A stretch of 64,000 bases of DNA, taken from assembly GCA_020348445.1 (NCBI GenBank), contig CP070751.1, positions 4,685,060 to 4,749,059 on the forward strand. The letters are read 5' to 3'. Source of the DNA: Thermoplasmata archaeon. GTDB taxonomy: Archaea; Thermoplasmatota; Thermoplasmata; GCA-020350865. The notes beneath the pieces were generated by a model, which saw nothing but the letters and a program-made list of their open reading frames with translations, ran no database searches and had not been told where the DNA came from. Shown one piece after another: positions 58,680-64,000 of the stretch (positions within the stretch are counted from its first letter, which is position 1; every line of letters starts with the position of its first letter). A program made the translations under genes and the position numbers.

Positions 58680-58751
58680 AGCCACTGAAGGGATTTGAAC
58701 CCCTGATCTGCTGATTACGAATCAGCCGCTCTACCGCTGAGCTACAGTGGC
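58680..58751 (-). tRNA. tRNA-Thr(CGT), no intron, CCA not encoded
   Basis: GCCACTG/CAGTGGC acceptor stem, GCTGA-TT CGT AA-TCAGC anticodon arm, GGTTCAAATCC T-loop. Confidence 0.97.
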
Positions 58752-58940
58752 AAATGATGTCCATACGACGTAGCTTAGCTGGCTAGTGGAGACCGAAGGT
58801 TTCCACGAAAGACCGCTGAGCTACAGTGGCATATGTATTTGATGTGAGTAGCTTAGCCGGTGCAGAGGGGCTCGCAATGGCACCTCCAAACCACTAAGCT
58901 ACAGTGGCATCGAGCTTACAGCATGAAATACCACTGAGCT
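58752..58940 (-). repeat. Tandem 78-79 nt hairpin units, each starting with the first ~19 nt of tRNA-Thr
   Basis: On the plus strand ACCGCTGAGCTACAGTGGCA occurs at 58733-58752 and 58812-58831 (exact) and 58890-58909 (2 mismatches), with an 11-nt remnant at 58930-58940. The antisense arm GTAGCTTAGC occurs at 58770-79 and 58848-57. Confidence 0.9.
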
Positions 58941-59144
58941 TAAAAGGGTTTTGTGAAAAATATGAGGTGTTTTTGGCTTTTATAATCCAATTCAATCGAT
59001 ACCCTGATTTTGCCGACGTGATAAGAGATGAGCATATTAAAGAGATTAGAAAAAATCTGATTTTCATCAATATAACTGCTCTCATCTTTCTTACCATCTT
59101 TATTAGGATTAACCACGCCCTTAATAAAAAGTTGTATCGGTAAT

Positions 59145-59732
59145 TTATCCTTCCTTTTCAATATGCTCTTTGATCAGAACATTTACAGAATTTACTAAAG
59201 TGTTGAGGCTATCCACAGCTCTCGTCAATTCTTCCCTTGTCCTTGTTTGCTCTTTATTCATCGAAATCAATGTTTCTGAAACGATCCCGTATTTTTCATC
59301 TAATTTGTTGAAATGCTCATCAGTGTGAACGGTAAGGTTATCAACCTTTTGCCCTACTTCCTCCACTTTTTGACCTACACAATCAATCTTTTGACCTAAC
59401 CGATTGAAGTGCTTTCCGGCTGTGGCATATCCCTGGAACATTTCATATGCTAAATCACCGGTCTTCACTTCAAATCTCTTGAATTCCCCCTTTGGCTTGC
59501 TGAAATTTCGCCTTACAGACTCCACATAAACCATGTCGTTCTTCAGTCTGATTTTTTCAGAGAATTCATCTATGGCTTTTCTTTCGCCTTCGCACACTAT
59601 TCTGACCTCCCCATCTGTGAGGTTCTCGATATATCCGACCAATTTTAACTTTTGAGCAGTTCTCATGATAAATGCTCTATAGCCGGCTTCCTGCACATCG
59701 CCTCTTATCTTTAAAATGGCCCTTGTTTTCAT
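59145..59732 (-). CDS. Acylphosphatase-fold protein with C-terminal coiled-coil extension
   Basis: RGDVQEAGYR...GYIENL.DG.V.IVCEG, then heptad repeats (LGQKIDCVGQKVEEVGQKVD). Confidence 0.85.
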   Translation of the reverse strand: MKTRAILKIRGDVQEAGYRAFIMRTAQKLKLVGYIENLTDGEVRIVCEGERKAIDEFSEKIRLKNDMVYVESVRRNFSKPKGEFKRFEVKTGDLAYEMFQGYATAGKHFNRLGQKIDCVGQKVEEVGQKVDNLTVHTDEHFNKLDEKYGIVSETLISMNKEQTRTREELTRAVDSLNTLVNSVNVLIKEHIEKEG

Positions 59733-59834
59733 AATCTCCAGAAGCGCCCTATTGCTTTTTAGAATTAATAAGTTTCGGTCTTAAAAGATATATTACGTCA
59801 GCGTTTATCTCAAGATAAATGTTCAACATACAGC

Positions 59835-60422
59835 TCAATTTCTTTTGGCTCGTACATACTTTTTAACCATTATATCATAAGCTTCTTGACAAACCCCGCC
59901 CTCTCTTTTTAGGTCTAACAAGACCTGTGGAGTTGAAGCGACCCACAATCCCTTTATTTTTTGCTTTTTATAGAGAACATGGGGATCGTAAACGAGTAAT
60001 CTGAAATTACCTTTGCCAACTAATCCTTTTTTCACAATTTTATCTTTCCACTTAGGAATATCGTCTTTCACAACATATATATCTGCACTTGACGGGAATA
60101 AATAATGATTGAGTAGGTTTTCAGCAAAGTATGTTGTTAGAGCATAATCCATATCAATTTTTTTTAAGAACTTGGATGGTGAATCCATAAAAAAATCATA
60201 ATGCAATGGCTTTCTTGATATGGATTCCCAGATATCCAATAGACTTTCTATTTTAACAACTTTGGTTTCTTTAACGAGTCTTCTTTTCTGTAGAGTTTGC
60301 AGATATTCGATCGTCCAGCTAGTGGAGGTTTCCGAGAGTTTTGCAACTCGGTATTTAGTGAGGGTACCATTAGGTTCATTGAGAAGAACGCGGAGGATCC
60401 GTTCCCTTTTTTCACCATGCAT
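59835..60422 (-). CDS. Winged-HTH AbiEi-like (type IV TA) antitoxin/regulator
   Basis: N-terminal HTH; C-terminal YALTTY.AE..LFPS.ADIYV...GNFRLL...VASTPQVLLDL..EGG pattern resembles AbiEi_2-type antitoxins. Confidence 0.7.
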   Translation of the reverse strand: MHGEKRERILRVLLNEPNGTLTKYRVAKLSETSTSWTIEYLQTLQKRRLVKETKVVKIESLLDIWESISRKPLHYDFFMDSPSKFLKKIDMDYALTTYFAENLLNHYLFPSSADIYVVKDDIPKWKDKIVKKGLVGKGNFRLLVYDPHVLYKKQKIKGLWVASTPQVLLDLKREGGVCQEAYDIMVKKYVRAKRN

Positions 60423-60423
60423 A

Positions 60424-60503
60424 ATATGTCGGAAAGGTTATACGTTTATAAAGGTTTCCGATATATCGGAGTTAAGAGTTATTTAAATAGGTTTCCGATA
60501 TAT
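60424..60503 (-). promoter_or_regulatory. Promoter with operator array for the AbiEi-like gene
   Basis: TTTATAAA (60445-52) is flanked by an inverted repeat (60424-35/60455-66, 11/12). Perfect palindrome TCCGATATATCGGA at 60457-70. A 15-bp direct repeat at 60452-66 and 60489-60503. Confidence 0.75.
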
Positions 60504-60566
60504 TTGTATTAATTATAAGACTCAATTATATAAACGCTTGTATCAATACATCTAAAATTAGTTTCA

Positions 60567-61448
60567 TTATTCTTTTTCCTCGGGAGTTATCTTATCTTCA
60601 GGTTCTCCTTTCGTCTTGGTTGGCTCTTTTGAACCTAACTTTCTTGAGGCCAAGATTATGGCCACCAGAGCTACAATTATGCCTAAGATTCCCGATCCCA
60701 TGGCTGTATAGACAAGATTATTGTCCGGATCCTTCTCAATTATTGTCTCTTTCTCGGTGCTCTCAAGGATTTCTATTTCTTTTGTAAGATTGTTTATCTC
60801 TAACCAAAGCTCTGCATTTTCAGATTCAAGTTGAAGCATCGAATTGTTTAATTCATTTATCCTTTTATCGAGTTGGTTTATTTGCTGTTTAAGGTCATTG
60901 ATTTGAAATTGAAGTTCTTCAAGATTAGAAGCAGTTGGGGTATAGTTTATGATTATATCGTTGAAATAGAAATTATTTGTCCCACTTTCCGAAATGGAAA
61001 GGTGTATATTATCTAACGAACAATTTAAACTCAAGAATATATCGTCATTAATTTCAGCGCCCCAATATATATCATACTCGTACAATTCGATTTCTAGACT
61101 ATAATTTGACCTTCCTCCCCCAAAGCTCGATTTTACTGTGATGTTATTGACAAATATGGGATATGTAAATTGAAGCCAAAAATGATTGGAAAATTCACTG
61201 CTATCTTCATAAATAATACCTGAACTTAAATCACCGTCAAATATTTTTGTTGCATTAGTGGGGTCACCATTTAAATAGACTCCTGAGGTAAAAGGAGTAT
61301 TAATAGCATCTGATTCTACAATTTCACCTATATCGAAAGTCTCAGCATTTGTTCCAGGTAAAACCAAACAGCTGAAAATGCCGATCATCGATAATATTGC
61401 ACAAAGTCTTCCTCTGTTTTTCATGATATCCCTCAATTTGTATATCAC
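60567..61448 (-). CDS. Hypothetical surface protein: signal peptide, beta-sandwich domain, coiled-coil stalk, TM helix, charged tail
   Basis: ILSMIGIFSCLVLPGTNA signal-like segment; heptads LQFQINDLKQQINQLDKRINEL; ILGIIVALVAIILA TM. Confidence 0.75.
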   Translation of the reverse strand: MIYKLRDIMKNRGRLCAILSMIGIFSCLVLPGTNAETFDIGEIVESDAINTPFTSGVYLNGDPTNATKIFDGDLSSGIIYEDSSEFSNHFWLQFTYPIFVNNITVKSSFGGGRSNYSLEIELYEYDIYWGAEINDDIFLSLNCSLDNIHLSISESGTNNFYFNDIIINYTPTASNLEELQFQINDLKQQINQLDKRINELNNSMLQLESENAELWLEINNLTKEIEILESTEKETIIEKDPDNNLVYTAMGSGILGIIVALVAIILASRKLGSKEPTKTKGEPEDKITPEEKE

Positions 61449-61701
61449 AATTGTTGTTAATATAATTTATTAGAAGAGGATTTAGGCGGTAGATAAAAAG
61501 AATAGGGCAAGTGATATTCCATACATTATTTATAGAAGAGGTTTTGATGTTCCGTAACGATGATTAAATAGTACTATTTCCGAAGGGCGCGCCCGTTTAA
61601 TAGTAAAAGCTGGGGATTACATTTAAATTGGGCCAAAAAACATTGCTCGGAGCAAATGTTTATATATGGGATTAATTTAATATTGTTATGAGGTTGGATA
61701 A

Positions 61702-63054
61702 ATGAATAGCGATAGGAAGAAGTTAGTAATTCGTATATTCTCGATTTTGTTGATAATTTTACTCTCGATTAAAGGATTGTTTTTAATCCCTTCTATGATA
61801 GACAACGCAACTTCTGAAGGATCGACAGAAATTAGTGGTTTCATATCATCGGATGCTGTATGGGCTTTGGAAAATAGTCCTTATATAATAATTGAAAACA
61901 CTTTAGTTGAAGAAAATGTCAATTTAACTATCGAACCTGGTGTAATCATTAAATTCAACTCAGATAAATATATACGTATTGATGGAACATTATATGCAGT
62001 AGGAACTGAATCAAATATAATTACTTTTACTTCAAATTCAAAATCACCTGAAAGAGGTGATTGGGGTAAAATACAAATCGAAAAAACCAGTAAAGATTCT
62101 ATTATAAAATATTGCAGAGTTGAATATTCATCAGAGGGAATTGATTGTAGCGCATTAATGATTTCTATAACAGATAGCACCTTTTATACCAATGGAAATG
62201 GGATTGATTTGCATGATTGCGACTCAATTATAATGAATAATGAATTTATCAACAATGAACTTGGAGTTAACGAGGGGAAAAATATAATTAACAATGTATT
62301 TATTAAGAATGGTCGAAGCATTCTCTATGGAGAAAATGTTACTAATAATATTGTTATAAATAATGATAGAGGAATTATAAATTCAAATCTTATACAAAAT
62401 AACTATATCCTTAATAATAATGGGGGTGTCGATATTGGGAGGAAAATTAAAGTCTATAATAACTATATTGTTAATAATAGTGAATATGGTATCAACATTT
62501 TAGGTTCGGCAAATGAAAATATCACGAATAATATTATTACGAATAATGAAATTGGAATAGAAATGGAACAGGGGGCAACTTCTCAAATAATGAATAACAA
62601 AATTGCTAATAATAAAATCGGAATTAATATTTACTTTAGTTCTTCTTCTAATGAAGATACAAATTTTACAATAAGAAATAATAATATCCAAGATAATATT
62701 GAGTATAATTTCCGAAATAGTGTAGAAAAAAAATATTATATGAATTATAACTGGTGGGGAACGACAGATACATCCTTAATAGATATATCTATTTATGATT
62801 ATCAAGATGATTTTGAATTAGGTAAAGTTGAATATTTACCAATCTTAGAATCACCAGTGGATGTTATACTTCAAAATATGCTCCCAATTTCAGAATTAGA
62901 TCTAAGTCAATATGATTTAGATGAACCCAAAGAGGATTCGGATGATGACTTCATAGATTTTCTTGGATCAGAATTCTTCATTGCAATTAGCGTAATTGTC
63001 ATTGTCTTAGGATTAAGTATATTCTTTTATAGAAGAAAAAGAAGAGATGTCTAG
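61702..63054 (+). CDS. AT-rich membrane-anchored right-handed beta-helix (NosD-like) protein
   Basis: W..ENSPYII....V....LTIEPGV.IKF; Asn/Ile coils; NWWGTTD; C-terminal TM helix plus YRRKRR. Confidence 0.85.
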   Translation: MNSDRKKLVIRIFSILLIILLSIKGLFLIPSMIDNATSEGSTEISGFISSDAVWALENSPYIIIENTLVEENVNLTIEPGVIIKFNSDKYIRIDGTLYAVGTESNIITFTSNSKSPERGDWGKIQIEKTSKDSIIKYCRVEYSSEGIDCSALMISITDSTFYTNGNGIDLHDCDSIIMNNEFINNELGVNEGKNIINNVFIKNGRSILYGENVTNNIVINNDRGIINSNLIQNNYILNNNGGVDIGRKIKVYNNYIVNNSEYGINILGSANENITNNIITNNEIGIEMEQGATSQIMNNKIANNKIGINIYFSSSSNEDTNFTIRNNNIQDNIEYNFRNSVEKKYYMNYNWWGTTDTSLIDISIYDYQDDFELGKVEYLPILESPVDVILQNMLPISELDLSQYDLDEPKEDSDDDFIDFLGSEFFIAISVIVIVLGLSIFFYRRKRRDV

Positions 63055-63070
63055 GGGACAACCCTATCCA

Positions 63071-64000
63071 TCAGCATCTATAATGCCCTTTTTCGTACAG
63101 CTTTTTCGAATGCTTCAAGGCCTCGATTACAGGCATGCTCTGACCTGCAAGATAAGTTATGCATGCCCCCCCGCCCGTGCTGATATGGTTGACCTTACCT
63201 TCCAAATTCAGGTTCCTTGCGGCAGCTACTGTCTCACCACCGCCAATTACTGAAAAACCCTTGGATTCTGCTATGGCATTGAAGATAATGGTCGTACCCA
63301 CCGCAAATTCCTCTATCTCAAATACACCTGCAGGACCGTTTAATATGATGTTCTTGGCTTCCAAGATTTGATTTCTGTAGTTAACAGCTGTATCCAACCC
63401 TATGTCAAATATCCTCGATTCTGCTGGTAGGTCCCCTAACGATAACCCTTTTCTTTCTCCGTTGTCATTTAGTACTAAGTCAGCGGGCACGTCTATTTTA
63501 CTGCTGTGCTCACTATCCAGGGCTTTTGCCTGCTCCGTGAGCTCCTCGTATTTACCTACCTCCTTTTCGAGGAACGAGATGTTCGGCTCTCCAAGATCAT
63601 GCCCCCTGGCAAGTAAGAAGATATTGGCAACAACACCTGTTGTGAGTACTCGATCAACTACATCATTCTCCAACATGTTTCTCATTACCTCTATGGTGTC
63701 GAAAACCTTTATCCCGCCAAGAACGGCGATACTTGGCCGCTCGTTACTGTGCATAGCCTTCTGAAGCATTGAAATCTCCCTTTCCATGACCTTTCCTGCA
63801 AGGCATGGCAGAACCTCGGTAAATCCAGTAAGCGAAGGTTGAGCCCTGTGCGCAGCAGCAAAGGCATCGTTTATAAAATAATCTCCAAGCTCAGCAAGAT
63901 GGGAAACCATGTGACTTTCTGCCTGGGATGCAAAATCCTTGCCCTTTAACAAATGCTCCTCTGCATAGAACCTCACGTTCTCCAAAAGGATCCTTTCGCC
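63071..64000 (-). CDS. pgk: Phosphoglycerate kinase (5'-truncated by the window edge)
   Basis: LLENVRF, INDAFAAAHR, VLGG.KV.D, NGPAGVFE, GGGET, HISTGGGA. Confidence 0.97.
   Translation of the reverse strand, partial: GERILLENVRFYAEEHLLKGKDFASQAESHMVSHLAELGDYFINDAFAAAHRAQPSLTGFTEVLPCLAGKVMEREISMLQKAMHSNERPSIAVLGGIKVFDTIEVMRNMLENDVVDRVLTTGVVANIFLLARGHDLGEPNISFLEKEVGKYEELTEQAKALDSEHSSKIDVPADLVLNDNGERKGLSLGDLPAESRIFDIGLDTAVNYRNQILEAKNIILNGPAGVFEIEEFAVGTTIIFNAIAESKGFSVIGGGETVAAARNLNLEGKVNHISTGGGACITYLAGQSMPVIEALKHSKKLYEKGHYRC

Noticed and set aside
58733-58940. CRISPR array or split/permuted tRNA genes
   Set aside because: The repeats are the tRNA's own 5' end, there are only 2-3 units, and no cas genes are in the window. 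The units lack anticodon and T arms and show no clear bulge-helix-bulge pairing, and the tRNA is already complete.
58940-59161. ORF fragment resembling a histidine-kinase N-box (NQIFSNLF...GKIRVSI)
   Set aside because: The similarity is short, lacks the conserved Asn and G-boxes, and has no RBS; it may be chance.
61584-61660. GGGCGCGCCC palindrome and AACATT-GCTC-G-GAGC-A-AATGTT hairpin upstream of the last beta-helix gene
   Set aside because: Single short occurrences with no second copy in the window; possibly an operator, but not supportable.
1-64000. Intact prophage, transposon or integrative element
   Set aside because: No integrase, transposase, terminase, capsid or replication-initiator ORF was recognised.

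Overview
This is archaeal chromosomal DNA, most consistent with an uncultured Thermoplasmatota lineage. The assignment is inferred from gene content (PAN, aMBF1, GINS, class I CCA-adding enzyme, FBP aldolase/phosphatase, Pth2, DUF99, DUF2240) and GGTGA/GGAGG ribosome-binding sites. Housekeeping blocks (about 2-17 kb, 24.8-31.7 kb, 55.9-58.5 kb, and pgk at the right edge) alternate with cell-surface and accessory blocks. The largest feature is a tandem pair of giant membrane-anchored DUF11-repeat proteins (4775 and 3067 aa). They share a highly conserved head domain and a conserved promoter/operator, but each has amplified a different repeat module. Both tRNA genes (Arg-CCT, Thr-CGT) are flanked by copies of their own termini, several embedded in hairpins with an antisense arm; upstream of tRNA-Thr these form two tandem 78-79 nt units. 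Also present: an unannotated 50-aa, 64% Lys microprotein; two secreted proteins sharing a ~165-aa C-terminal domain that bracket two toxin-antitoxin-like modules; a 44-bp direct repeat around an MNT-HEPN pair; a frameshifted aspartyl-protease gene; an orphan AbiEi-like antitoxin with an operator array; and a single-chain GltD-FdhF formate dehydrogenase next to folD. No integrase, transposase, cas gene or CRISPR array was seen. All family calls come from motif recognition by eye, not database searches.
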